Positions 40,885 to 49,857 of a DNA stretch of 64,000 bases are shown in pieces. Position 1 is the first letter of the stretch. Each line of letters opens with the position of its first letter. Under the pieces are notes generated by a model. The model worked only from the letters and a program-made list of their open reading frames with translations, did not search any database and had not been told where the DNA came from. The DNA is from a bacterium HR21. Lineage in GTDB: Bacteria; Bacteroidota; Ignavibacteria; Kapaibacteriales; HRBIN21. The stretch spans positions 265,473 through 329,472 of the forward strand of contig BEHX01000001.1 in assembly GCA_002898295.1 (NCBI GenBank), given 5' to 3'. The position numbers and the translations under genes are program-made.

Positions 40885-42140
40885 GGTTCTCCTGGTGGGA
40901 TCGGACGTCCGTGCGGATCGTGATGCGGATATCCCAGCATCGCCTCCAGCTGTGCCTCCAACTCTGCAGAGAGCACGTGCTCGACCAGCTCTGCTTCTGC
41001 ATGGACATCCTCCGGTGCAAGCCCGAGCACACGCTCCAGATAGAGTTCCCAGAGCCGATGCCGGCGGACAATCCGCCGCGCCCTCCGGCACCCCGCTTCC
41101 GTTGCCGTCCAGCCCGCTGCAGGATGCCATCGCACAGAGCCTCTGAGCCAGAGCCAGAGGGCAATCCAGGGTGCATTCTCCCTCGCCGCGGCTCTCCTCC
41201 ACGCTGCCGTGCGCCAGCTCTGGCGTTCCTCCCCGAGCCGGTAGAGCACCTTATGGGCATGCTCATCCCACCGCTGCACCGCCCGCCGCAGGCGATCCCA
41301 GAGTCGGGCAAGCAGTCCACGCCGAGGTGCAACCAGGTGGGACAGCGCGCCCAGCAGCGCTGCAATCGTGACGATGACCGGACCCGTTGGCACGCGCGGC
41401 ACTGCCAAGGAAACCCATACCCCGAGCAGCACCGAGACCATCGCGACCACCACCGCCCCGACCACCAGTGCCCCAACCCGCCGAACCCACAGTCGCGCTG
41501 CCATCGGCGGCAGGACCAACAACGCCACCATCAGCACAACCCCCACGCTCTGAATACTGACCACGATAACCAGCACCAGCGCCATGGAGAACCCGACCTC
41601 GACCCAGCGCAGGGGCAATGGAAGCGCCCGCACAAACTCCGCATCGAAGGCGAGCGCAACCAGCTCTTTGAACGCAAGAGCCAGAAAAGCGAGCACAGGC
41701 ACCACAACAGCAGCAATCATCACGACATCATTCCAGCTGACTGCTGCCGCCTGCCCAAAGAGAAAGCGCCATAAGCTCATCTGCTGCGGATCCTGCCACT
41801 GCTGCAGCAGCGTCAACACAACAATCCCCGCCCCAAAGGACACCGAGAGTACCACGCCGAGCCGTAGGTCTTCTGCAAGGTGTGTCACCCGCTGCAGGAC
41901 TCTGCTCAGTGCCACCGCCGCCCCCATCGTCACCGCCGCTCCCAGCAGGAGAATCGGGAGCTCAACTCGGCGGCTAACCAAGTATGCCAGCCCAATACCG
42001 GGAAGTGCCGCATGGGCGAGGACATCCCCGAAGAGCACTTCGCGCCGCAGCAGTGCGAAGCTCCCCACAGATGCACACCCGAGGGCAATGAGCAAGTTGC
42101 CCACCACAACACCGAGCACAACCGGAGTAAACCACTCCAT
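40881..42140 (-). CDS. Metal ABC transporter permease fused to a C-terminal DtxR-type metal-binding/dimerisation-like domain
   Basis: N-terminal ~290 aa is an ABC-3 permease (LGCASVGSFALLRREVLFGDVLAHA...). The C-terminal ~100 aa (RRHRLWELYLERVLGLAPEDVHAEAELVEHVLSAELEAQLEAMLGYPHHDPHGRPIP) is closely similar to residues ~64-125 of the adjacent DtxR regulator (HHRLLELYLHRHLGYPLERVHGEAERLQSVISEEFEERIARLLGEPEYDPHGDPIP). Confidence 0.7.
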   Translation of the reverse strand: MEWFTPVVLGVVVGNLLIALGCASVGSFALLRREVLFGDVLAHAALPGIGLAYLVSRRVELPILLLGAAVTMGAAVALSRVLQRVTHLAEDLRLGVVLSVSFGAGIVVLTLLQQWQDPQQMSLWRFLFGQAAAVSWNDVVMIAAVVVPVLAFLALAFKELVALAFDAEFVRALPLPLRWVEVGFSMALVLVIVVSIQSVGVVLMVALLVLPPMAARLWVRRVGALVVGAVVVAMVSVLLGVWVSLAVPRVPTGPVIVTIAALLGALSHLVAPRRGLLARLWDRLRRAVQRWDEHAHKVLYRLGEERQSWRTAAWRRAAARENAPWIALWLWLRGSVRWHPAAGWTATEAGCRRARRIVRRHRLWELYLERVLGLAPEDVHAEAELVEHVLSAELEAQLEAMLGYPHHDPHGRPIPPGEP

Positions 42141-42916
42141 CAGCGCTCCCTCTGCCGCAGCACTTCCCGATGGAGCACGGCACGCTCAACGACCTCACTC
42201 AACACCGCCGACCGCCCTCCGTAGGCTTTCTGCAGCGACGATGCTGTCAAGACCTCCTCCGTGCGCCCAGCAGCGATCACCCGCAAATTCAGCAGAACGA
42301 CCCACTCGAAGAGGCTGGCAACGACGTGCAGGTCATGGTGCACGACAACCACGGTCTTCCCCGCACGGCGCAGCTCCAGGAGTGTGTCCAGCAGCACCTG
42401 CTCGGTTGCTGCATCCACACCGGCAAAGGGCTCATCCATCAGGTACAGCTCGGCGTCCTGCGCCAATGCTCGCGCCAGGAAGACCCGCTGCTGTTGTCCT
42501 ACGGAGAGCTCTCCGAGCTGGCGCCGGGCAAGGGCATCGAGCCCCACGCGGCGCAGCGCCTCCCACGCCCGCTCGTAATCTTGCTTGCCCGGGCGTTGGA
42601 AGAGCTTCAGCCGTCCGTAGCGCCCCATCAGCACTACGTCGAGCACCGTCAGCGGGAAATCCCAGTCAACGCTCTCCCGCTGTGGCATGTAGCTCATACG
42701 CGACCGCGCCTCGGCAGGCGGGCTTCCCAGGAGGCGCACCTCCCCGCGCTCGACCGGTACCAACCCCACCAACGCCCGCAGCAACGTGGACTTCCCCGCC
42801 CCGTTTGGTCCCACAATTGCCGCCAAACACCCCGCAGGGATTTGGCATGTCACGCCCCAGAGGGCAACCCGACGCCCATAGAACACCGTCACGTCCCGGC
42901 ACTCAACCGCCATCAT
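42140..42916 (-). CDS. Metal ABC transporter ATP-binding protein (ZnuC/MntA/TroB-like)
   Basis: Walker A GPNGAGKST, ABC signature LSVGQQQRV and Walker B LYLMDEPFAGVD. Confidence 0.88.
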   Translation of the reverse strand: MMAVECRDVTVFYGRRVALWGVTCQIPAGCLAAIVGPNGAGKSTLLRALVGLVPVERGEVRLLGSPPAEARSRMSYMPQRESVDWDFPLTVLDVVLMGRYGRLKLFQRPGKQDYERAWEALRRVGLDALARRQLGELSVGQQQRVFLARALAQDAELYLMDEPFAGVDAATEQVLLDTLLELRRAGKTVVVVHHDLHVVASLFEWVVLLNLRVIAAGRTEEVLTASSLQKAYGGRSAVLSEVVERAVLHREVLRQRER

Positions 42917-43830
42917 GGGAGGGAATCCCCTGCTAAGCCGCCTACAATCCGCCGAACGTTGCTCTGCATCATCCCGACATACGTCTCAGCCCCGCTGCCT
43001 GGCGCTCCCAGAGCATCGGAGAAGAGCTCGCCAGCAATCCGAACCGAGCCCCCACGCAGGCGTACCATCTGCACGACGTTGTCCATCAAGCGAGCAGGCA
43101 GAGTGCTCTCCACGAAGACCGCCGGAACCTGCCGGCGCTCGATGAGCTCGGCAACCCGCACCACATCGTGAAGCCCGAACTCCGCCACCGTGGACACCCC
43201 CTGCAGAGCGACCGTTTCCATGCCGTAGGCTCGCCCGAAGTAGGCGAATGCATCGTGAATTGTCACCAGCACCCGCCTCTGCGCCGGTATCCGCTGCAGC
43301 TGCTGGCGAATCCATTGGTCTACGTGAGTCAACTCCTGCGCGTACTGCCGCGCTCGCTCCCGCCATTGCGTCCCCCACTGGGGGAACAGCGCCGCAAGCG
43401 TATCAGCAAGCCGGAGCACAAGCTCCCGCCAGAGCCGCACATCGAACCAGACATGGGGGTCATACTGCTCGGGACCAACCTGCCGGAGCGACTCCCGCGG
43501 GAGGAGCTCCGCAGCGAAGATGACGGGCTTCTGCCGTGCAAGCGAGCGGAGCACCGTCTCCATCTTCCCTTCCAGGCGCAGCCCATGGGCAATGACCGCC
43601 CGCGCCCGCTGGAGGCGCTCCCCATCCTGAGCCGTGGGCTTGTACAGATGCGGGTCTACCCCCGGTCCCATCAAGACTTCCACGGGCATATCCTCCTGCA
43701 CAATCGTGCGGACCGCATCTGCCAGCAACGTGGTGGTCACCACAAGCGGCTCCCCGTCCCCGGGCACCCGCGCACAGCCCAGCACTCCGAATAGCACCAC
43801 CCACACGCACCCTCGCATGCCTCCGCTCAC
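42913..43830 (-). CDS. Metal ABC transporter substrate-binding protein (TroA/ZnuA family)
   Basis: Signal/lipoprotein N-terminus (VLFGVLGCA). TroA-fold motifs ...MGPGVDPHLYKPT... and ...HDAFAYFGRAYGME... Confidence 0.82.
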   Translation of the reverse strand: MSGGMRGCVWVVLFGVLGCARVPGDGEPLVVTTTLLADAVRTIVQEDMPVEVLMGPGVDPHLYKPTAQDGERLQRARAVIAHGLRLEGKMETVLRSLARQKPVIFAAELLPRESLRQVGPEQYDPHVWFDVRLWRELVLRLADTLAALFPQWGTQWRERARQYAQELTHVDQWIRQQLQRIPAQRRVLVTIHDAFAYFGRAYGMETVALQGVSTVAEFGLHDVVRVAELIERRQVPAVFVESTLPARLMDNVVQMVRLRGGSVRIAGELFSDALGAPGSGAETYVGMMQSNVRRIVGGLAGDSLP

Positions 43831-44474
43831 AGTGGTTCAACGAACACTGCCCCCGCAACCGCCCCCGACAGGTATACAAGCTCACCGGCAATCGCCAGGA
43901 GATATGCTCCGTGTCCGCTCTGTCGCCCGCAGAGACGACACCGCTGCTGGGGAAGGAGCCCCAGGCGCACCAGCTCAGCCAATGTCCCCACGTTGTGGTC
44001 GCGCACCCTCCGGACAATCGCCTCCTGCCCGAGCCGAAGCGCACCCAAGGGAAGAGCCACCAGCTCCGGCACCGACCCATCCCGCCGAGGAATTGGGTCC
44101 CCGTGTGGGTCATACTCTGGTTCACCGAGCAGACGGGCAATCCGCTCCTCGAACTCTTCGGAAATCACGCTCTGCAGCCGTTCCGCCTCCCCATGGACCC
44201 GCTCCAGCGGGTAGCCCAGATGGCGGTGCAAATACAGCTCCAAGAGCCGATGATGACAGACGATCTCCGCCGCTCGCTCCCACCCCTTCGGTGTCAACTC
44301 TACCCCCCGATACGGGGTATAGCGCACCAATCCCTTGCGCTCCAGGCGCTGGAACATCTCCGTCACGGAACTGGCTCGCACCCCGAGACGGGCAGCCACT
44401 GTCGTGGTGGTTGCTTCCTGCCCCTCTTCCTGAAGCTGGTAGAGAACCTTCAGACAGCGATCTGCCGGAGACAT
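43827..44474 (-). CDS. DtxR/MntR-family metal-dependent transcriptional regulator with C-terminal SH3-like (FeoA-type) domain
   Basis: N-terminal wHTH (VAARLGVRASSVTEMFQRLERKGLV), metal-binding/dimerisation region (HHRLLELYL...DPHGDPIP) and a C-terminal FeoA-like domain. First gene of the minus-strand metal-transport operon. Confidence 0.88.
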   Translation of the reverse strand: MSPADRCLKVLYQLQEEGQEATTTTVAARLGVRASSVTEMFQRLERKGLVRYTPYRGVELTPKGWERAAEIVCHHRLLELYLHRHLGYPLERVHGEAERLQSVISEEFEERIARLLGEPEYDPHGDPIPRRDGSVPELVALPLGALRLGQEAIVRRVRDHNVGTLAELVRLGLLPQQRCRLCGRQSGHGAYLLAIAGELVYLSGAVAGAVFVEPL

Positions 44475-44488
44475 GGGAGCGTCTCAAA

Positions 44489-44504
44489 TTTCGGGTAGCC
44501 GAAA
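44489..44504. promoter_or_regulatory. Candidate DtxR-type operator (imperfect palindrome) upstream of the dtxR-tro operon
   Basis: TTTCGGGTAGCCGAAA is 14/16 self-complementary (half-sites TTTCGG / CCGAAA, centre GTAGC). It lies 15-30 bp upstream of the dtxR start and has a TAGCC core as in DtxR boxes. Confidence 0.35.
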
Positions 44505-44547
44505 ACGAATAGCCTCTCCCCGCATTGTAGCCCCCTGGGGTGGGGAA

Positions 44548-45699
44548 CTATCCCCGGCGGGCACGTCGCCATGCTTCGTGAATCCCTTCGAGGAAGCCCT
44601 CTGCTGCCCGCTCAATGCTAAACTCCCGGCATGCGTGGGCGCTTATTGCTTCCCGGCGAGCACGTAGCTCCGGAAGCCGTGTCCGGAGGCAGCTGAGGAG
44701 CTCAACGAGCTCCTCCATCGCCGTTGGGGCAAAGAGCTCCCCGTTCCAGCCAGGACGCACCAAGTCATAGGCAGCTCCAACAGCGGTAGAGCAGAGCACG
44801 TACAGCCCAGTGGCCAGGGCTTCGTTGACAACAAGTCCCCAGACTTCTCGCAGTGAGGGCAAAACCAGGACATCCGCCAGCCCGTAGTACTGCGGCAGCT
44901 CCCACTGTTGGCGGAAGCCTGCGAAGACGACGCGCCCTTCTAACCCCAACTGCCGGCATAGTCCCCGCAGCTCCTTCTCCTGTGGACCTGTCCCGACGAC
45001 GAGCAGCCCGACCGTGGGATCAGAAAGCCGATGGAGCGCTTCCAGAAGGAGTCGGACATTCTTCCGCGGGATGAGTGACCCCACGGAGAGCAGGAGCAAC
45101 TCCGGATAGAGTGCCCGCTGAGCGAGAAACTCCGGACTGCGTCGGAAGCGCTCCGCATGGTGTCGGAAAAACTCCATATCCACGGTATTGAGCGAGAGCA
45201 CCACAGGGAACTCCCCACCGTGGATTTGCCGTAACCACGCTGCTGCTCGGCTCCCAAAGGCGATGCCGACACTTGTCCGGCGCACAAAGGCGCGCTTGAG
45301 GGCGAAGACAATCCCCCGACGCCGCTGGGCACTGCCTTCCCAGGATTCGTACCAGAGTGCCACCGGTATCCGGCGGCGCCGGGCAAAGAGAAGCCCCTGC
45401 CAATACACTGGCTGGTCATAGCCGCCCACGACGATGAGGTCAGGCTCGAAGTCCCGAAGGCTCCTGCCAAGCCCCCAGTTGAGGTGCAAATGCCACTCGT
45501 CGACCATCCACGCCCGGTGCACCCCCGGCAGAACGTGCCAGCGGAAGCGCGCCGCACTGGGCTGCTGCTCCCAGAGCCGGAGTGGCTCTGTCTGGGCAGC
45601 GCAGAGCACGAGAAGCTCTCCGTCAAGGCGCTGTGCAACGGCGTTGAAAAGCGGCACTCGATAAGGGCTGAGAATGTTTGTCAACACGGCAACGCGCAT
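44548..45699 (-). CDS. Glycosyltransferase family 4 (GT-B, retaining)
   Basis: GT4 C-terminal motif ...ADVLVLPSLREVWGLVVNEALATGLYVLCS...; 383 aa. Confidence 0.8.
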   Translation of the reverse strand: MRVAVLTNILSPYRVPLFNAVAQRLDGELLVLCAAQTEPLRLWEQQPSAARFRWHVLPGVHRAWMVDEWHLHLNWGLGRSLRDFEPDLIVVGGYDQPVYWQGLLFARRRRIPVALWYESWEGSAQRRRGIVFALKRAFVRRTSVGIAFGSRAAAWLRQIHGGEFPVVLSLNTVDMEFFRHHAERFRRSPEFLAQRALYPELLLLSVGSLIPRKNVRLLLEALHRLSDPTVGLLVVGTGPQEKELRGLCRQLGLEGRVVFAGFRQQWELPQYYGLADVLVLPSLREVWGLVVNEALATGLYVLCSTAVGAAYDLVRPGWNGELFAPTAMEELVELLSCLRTRLPELRARREAISAHACREFSIERAAEGFLEGIHEAWRRARRG

Positions 45700-45795
45700 G
45701 GTCTTACGGCAACGGCGACACCTACGAAACTACGCCGTGCTGGCGTACTCCCCCGCCGTGTCCTCGTCCCATGCAGAGAACCTCACAAGGGATGC

Positions 45796-45803
45796 TATTT
45801 TTG
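45796..45803 (+). promoter_or_regulatory. Candidate Bacteroidetes-type -7 promoter element TATTTTTG (TAnnTTTG)
   Basis: Exact TAnnTTTG match 25 nt upstream of the BNR-protein ATG (45829), in a 130-nt intergenic gap. Weak evidence. Confidence 0.2.
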
Positions 45804-45828
45804 TGCTGCCTCAAAACAGGCATCTCCG

Positions 45829-47190
45829 ATGCACTGCAGGAACCTTGCCCATGTCTTCCTTGTGCTAACCTCCCTGGCGGTCGGGCAGGAACGTCGGTGG
45901 GTCCGTCTGCTGGACGATGCTGTCTTCACCGTCGCCATCAATCCCGAGAACCCACGGACGCTCTACGCCGGCGGACTTGGACATCGGCTCTACCGTTCAA
46001 CTGATGGTGGGCTACACTGGGACACTCTCATTGTGGATTACCCGGGCGGGGCAGCACAGTTTCTGGACGTCTTCATTCACCGCCGCGATACCGCTGTGCT
46101 CCTTGTCGGCGGTTCCGGTTTCGGGAAGCTCATTCGCAGCAGCGATGGCGGGCGCTCATGGCAGGAGGTGCTCGTCCCCGAACATTCGCTCCTCCTGCCC
46201 AGTGGGGCGTCGATCGTCGCTCACCCTTTACATCCCGACACCATCGTTGTTGCCGAGTACATCGGACCGGGGTGGTCGCCACCGCGGCTGTACCGGAGCC
46301 AGGATGGGGGGCGCACGTGGGATACTCTCGACGTCTTCCCGGAACCGATTCCGAACTGTGCCATGGCGGTGCGGTGGGACAGTCTCTGGCTCGTCGTTGC
46401 CCGCTGTGATGGGGCACTCTTTGTCTCGGAAGATTGGCGGCAGTGGCGGCAGATAGCGCATCTCCGGCTTCCGGGATTTCCCCAGGAATCTGAAATCCCG
46501 GACCTCCTCTTTGTGCCGGAGCAGCCTCGGCTGGGATTCCTGGCAGTGACGTTCCTGTTCGACACTACGATTGCCGGGCGTCCCAACGGAGGGCTGTACC
46601 GGACCACAGACGGTGGCTATACGTGGGAGCTGATCGCCTTCCCTGATACCAGCCTCTGGGCAGTTGCATCGCACCGCCAGGGTTCCGAGCTTGAGCTCGC
46701 CGTCGGCGGCTTCACGCTCTACCCAGACACTCTCGGACGACCGCTGGTCCCGGGGTCCGGCATCGTGCGTATTTCCCCCGACGGGGGGCAGCGCTGGATT
46801 CCCCACGATGATTCCCTGCCGTGGGTAGAGGCGGACCCGATCTACCGCCGCGTCTGGCGGCTCAAGTACTCTCCCACGGGCACACTCTACGTTGCCACCG
46901 AAGCAGGGCTCTACGCCTGGGAACACGGCGTTGGCATCGGGTCGGAGTTGCCCACGGCGGCAGAGCCCTCGGCGCTTGTCCTCAACGGCACAGTGTGGGC
47001 TGTCCGGGCGCCTTGCACGGGCAAGCTCTCACTGTGGAAGCTGCCCGGAAGGCTGGTCCGGCAGTATACCCTCACAGCCGGCATGCAGTACGTAGATCTC
47101 TCCCCTCTGGCAGCCGGAGTTTACAGCGCCGAACTGCAGAGGGCGGACGGAAGGGTGTGCCGCCGCTGGCTCGTCCTGCGCCTGCCGTGA
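45829..47190 (+). CDS. BNR/Ycf48-like repeat beta-propeller protein with T9SS C-terminal sorting domain
   Basis: Signal peptide MHCRNLAHVFLVLTSLAVGQE; repeated S-x-D-G-G-x-x-W/ T-D-G-G BNR motifs (STDGGLHWD, SSDGGRSWQ, SQDGGRTWD, TTDGGYTWE, SPDGGQRWI). C-terminal ...GVYSAELQRADGRVCRRWLVLRLP is CTD-like. Confidence 0.72.
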   Translation: MHCRNLAHVFLVLTSLAVGQERRWVRLLDDAVFTVAINPENPRTLYAGGLGHRLYRSTDGGLHWDTLIVDYPGGAAQFLDVFIHRRDTAVLLVGGSGFGKLIRSSDGGRSWQEVLVPEHSLLLPSGASIVAHPLHPDTIVVAEYIGPGWSPPRLYRSQDGGRTWDTLDVFPEPIPNCAMAVRWDSLWLVVARCDGALFVSEDWRQWRQIAHLRLPGFPQESEIPDLLFVPEQPRLGFLAVTFLFDTTIAGRPNGGLYRTTDGGYTWELIAFPDTSLWAVASHRQGSELELAVGGFTLYPDTLGRPLVPGSGIVRISPDGGQRWIPHDDSLPWVEADPIYRRVWRLKYSPTGTLYVATEAGLYAWEHGVGIGSELPTAAEPSALVLNGTVWAVRAPCTGKLSLWKLPGRLVRQYTLTAGMQYVDLSPLAAGVYSAELQRADGRVCRRWLVLRLP

Positions 47191-47213
47191 AGGATATACT
47201 CTGTGGGCATCCT

Positions 47214-48272
47214 TCAGCGCTGGAACCAGCGCTGGTAGAGCTGTTGCCAGACGGGGGCGTGTGCTGCCGCCTGAGGAGCTTTCGGGAGCTCTTCCTCCAA
47301 GCGTGCCAGCTCTTCTGCTCGCAGACGACGCCAGGCGCCAACGGGCAGCTCGTCGCTGGTCAGGAACCCTAGCCGATAGCGGTGCAGGTGGAGAATTTCC
47401 AGCTTGGCATTCTTCACCAAGCGGTGCAGGAAGCTCAATGGCAGCTGACGCGCGACAATGCGCAGCCAGCAATTGCGCGTGTTCTCCCGCAGGAGCTCGA
47501 CCTTCGCCTCCGTATTGTACTGCGACATACGGCGTAGCTCTTCCGTCAGCTCTTTGAGCTCCCGCTCCTTGACGTGGCGGTGCACCTTGACGTGGTATTC
47601 CTTCTCCACCAGACTCAACGGCGAGCGCTCCGGGTTGCGATAGAGCGGGTCCGTGCTGAAGATGACAATCCCGCTGGCGAATTTCGTCAGCCGCCCGCAC
47701 GGGAAGTAGCCTCCCTTCCGCTTGGGGAGGTACTCGTAGACGGTAGGCACGCCCAGTTCCTTCGAAGCAGCCACCCGCCGCGGCTTGTGGAAGACTACCG
47801 TATACCGCTCCACCGGCGGGAAGATCAGCTCGATGCCATCGGCAACGATGGTATCGCGGTGGATCAGCACGTGGGTATTCGGCTCCAGGACCGTCACACC
47901 ATTGACCTGGACCCGCCCCTCACGGATAATCTCGAGTGCGGCGGCGTGCGAGGCGTACTTGAGCCGCGTCAATGCCCGCGCGAGGGTCATCGGATGCGGC
48001 TCCGGCGGCGCCTTCTTGACCCGAGGACGGCGCTGGAAGGGACGCCGCTTGCGGAAGGCGCGCTTGCGCCGTGCCTGGAAATCCCCGCGCGGCTTCCAGC
48101 GCGTCGGCATTGCCCGATAGGATGCTATGCCCTGCTCCTGCCGTGCCGCTTTGGAGAACTTCTTGCGATGGCGGAAAATCCTCTGCGGACGCTGCTGTTT
48201 GCCGCCGTTTCCTTCGTTCCCCGCAGAAGATGCGTTCCACGGTGGCTGTGTCATTGCTCCCCCTACGTGCAC
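47214..48272 (-). CDS. RluB/RsuA-family pseudouridine-synthase-like protein with S4 domain; catalytic Asp apparently replaced (GRLT instead of GRLD)
   Basis: K/R-rich N-terminal tail; S4 domain (LARALTRLKYASHAAALEIIREGRVQVNGV); synthase core VVFHKP...GRLTKFASGIVIFSTDP where the RsuA/RluB consensus is GRLDxxSxGLLLLTND. Confidence 0.6.
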   Translation of the reverse strand: MHVGGAMTQPPWNASSAGNEGNGGKQQRPQRIFRHRKKFSKAARQEQGIASYRAMPTRWKPRGDFQARRKRAFRKRRPFQRRPRVKKAPPEPHPMTLARALTRLKYASHAAALEIIREGRVQVNGVTVLEPNTHVLIHRDTIVADGIELIFPPVERYTVVFHKPRRVAASKELGVPTVYEYLPKRKGGYFPCGRLTKFASGIVIFSTDPLYRNPERSPLSLVEKEYHVKVHRHVKERELKELTEELRRMSQYNTEAKVELLRENTRNCWLRIVARQLPLSFLHRLVKNAKLEILHLHRYRLGFLTSDELPVGAWRRLRAEELARLEEELPKAPQAAAHAPVWQQLYQRWFQR

Positions 48273-48294
48273 AAATTGTGGAACATGCTACCCA

Positions 48295-48906
48295 TTACGA
48301 GGTGGAAAGCACTCGGAGTGCGACAAAGCCTAGCACCAGGAGCAGGACAAATCCCAGTGCCAGGTAGTCGAAGTAGCGTTCAATCCCCCGTCGGATCACC
48401 GGTCCGAATGCCCACAGCAAGGCTGCTATCAGGAAAAAGCGGGCTCCCCGTCCGAGGAGAGAAAGCCCAACGAAGGGCACCAGTGGCATCGCTGTTGCCC
48501 CGGCAGCGATGGTAGCAACTTTGTACGGGATAGGCGTAAACGCCGCTGCCAGCAAGAACCATGCCCCGAACTCGCCCCGGTAGAGCTCAACCACCTGCTG
48601 CCAGGCTACCTGAGCGTTGTACAACTGCACAATGCGCCAACCTACCACATCCATAAAGCCGTGTCCGATAGCGTAGCCGAGCACTCCCCCCATTACGGAA
48701 CCAAGGGTGCAGACTGCGGCTGCCAGAAAGGCACGCTCACGCCGGAGCGCTGCCAGGGGAATCAGCATGATGTCCGGAGGAAGCGGGAAGACAGAGGCTT
48801 CAACGAAGGCAATCCCAAAGAGCGTCCAGAGTGCTCCGGGTTTTGCCGCGGCTGCCTCCATGCGAGCTTTTCCACGCCACAGCCAGTGCCGAAGGCGGCG
48901 CACCAT
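48295..48906 (-). CDS. YqaA-family (DedA-related) membrane protein
   Basis: FVEASVFPLPPDIMLIPLA... matches the YqaA/DedA signature; 4-5 TM helices. Confidence 0.7.
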   Translation of the reverse strand: MVRRLRHWLWRGKARMEAAAAKPGALWTLFGIAFVEASVFPLPPDIMLIPLAALRRERAFLAAAVCTLGSVMGGVLGYAIGHGFMDVVGWRIVQLYNAQVAWQQVVELYRGEFGAWFLLAAAFTPIPYKVATIAAGATAMPLVPFVGLSLLGRGARFFLIAALLWAFGPVIRRGIERYFDYLALGFVLLLVLGFVALRVLSTS

Positions 48907-49857
48907 CTATGCCTCCTGCCAGACCCCCATGCGGAAGAATTTCTCCTGGCGCTGCTCAACCAGCTCCTCGATTGGCTTCTGGACAAGGGCGGAGAGCTCT
49001 TCTCTCAGAACGGTACGGAGAATCTCGTACATCTGCGCAGGATTCCGATGAGCTCCTCCCGGCGGCTCCGGCACCACACGGTCAATGACCCCGAGCCGCA
49101 GCAAGTCCTCCGCACAGAGCTCCAGCTCCTCGGCTGCCTGCTCCTTGAAATCCCAACTCCGCCACAGGATGCTCGAACACGATTCCGGGGCAATGACCGA
49201 ATACCAGGCATACTGCAGCATCAGCACGCGGTCGCCTACCCCAATGCCGAGTGCGCCCCCTGAGCCCCCTTCGCCAATGACAATCACGATGATCGGCGTA
49301 CGCAAGCGTGCCATCTCGAAGAGGTTCCGCGCAATCGCCTCGGCCTGCCCTCGCTCTTCCGCCTCGATGCCCGGAAAGGCACCGGGGGTATCCAGGAAGG
49401 TAATGAGCGGACGCTGGAACTTCTCCGCCAAGCGGAACAGCCGGAGCGCTTTCCGATATCCTTCAGGATTGGGCATGCCAAAGTTCCGGCGGAGATTCTC
49501 CTGCGTGGTACGCCCCTTCTGGTGTCCGACAACGACAACGGGCATCCCCTCAAAGCGTGCCAATCCACCCACAATGGCACCGTCGTCGCCGAAACAGCGA
49601 TCGCCGTGGAGCTCGACGAAATCGGTAAACACATTCTGGAGGTAATCCAGCGTATACGGGCGCTCGGGATGACGGGCAATCTGGACACGCTGCCAGCGCG
49701 TCAGGTTCGCGTAGACTTGCTGCCGCAAGCTTTCAAGGCGTTGCTCCAGCTCGGAGAGCTCCGTGCCAATCTCGAACTGATCGGCCAAGGCTCGGAGCTC
49801 TGCCAGTTTTTGCTCCAGCTCCACGATCGGCTTCTCAAAGTCCAGCACGTACTTCAC
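48907..49857 (-). CDS. accA: Acetyl-CoA carboxylase carboxyltransferase subunit alpha
   Basis: [25 protein letters not shown] and [13 protein letters not shown] motifs; 316 aa. Confidence 0.9.
   Translation of the reverse strand: MKYVLDFEKPIVELEQKLAELRALADQFEIGTELSELEQRLESLRQQVYANLTRWQRVQIARHPERPYTLDYLQNVFTDFVELHGDRCFGDDGAIVGGLARFEGMPVVVVGHQKGRTTQENLRRNFGMPNPEGYRKALRLFRLAEKFQRPLITFLDTPGAFPGIEAEERGQAEAIARNLFEMARLRTPIIVIVIGEGGSGGALGIGVGDRVLMLQYAWYSVIAPESCSSILWRSWDFKEQAAEELELCAEDLLRLGVIDRVVPEPPGGAHRNPAQMYEILRTVLREELSALVQKPIEELVEQRQEKFFRMGVWQEA

Noticed and set aside
39988-41202. Cys-rich 106-aa N-terminal extension of the first metal permease ORF (possible metal-binding domain)
   Set aside because: It overlaps the upstream permease gene in another frame. 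The canonical ABC-3 N-terminus starts at the internal MMAAVNWAI. The extension was judged non-coding.
41584-42936. 450-aa plus-strand ORF and other long ORFs (40775..41476, 40911..41774) across the metal-transporter operon
   Set aside because: Ala/Arg/Pro/Ser-rich low-complexity translations antisense to well-supported ABC permease and ATPase genes; typical high-GC shadow ORFs.
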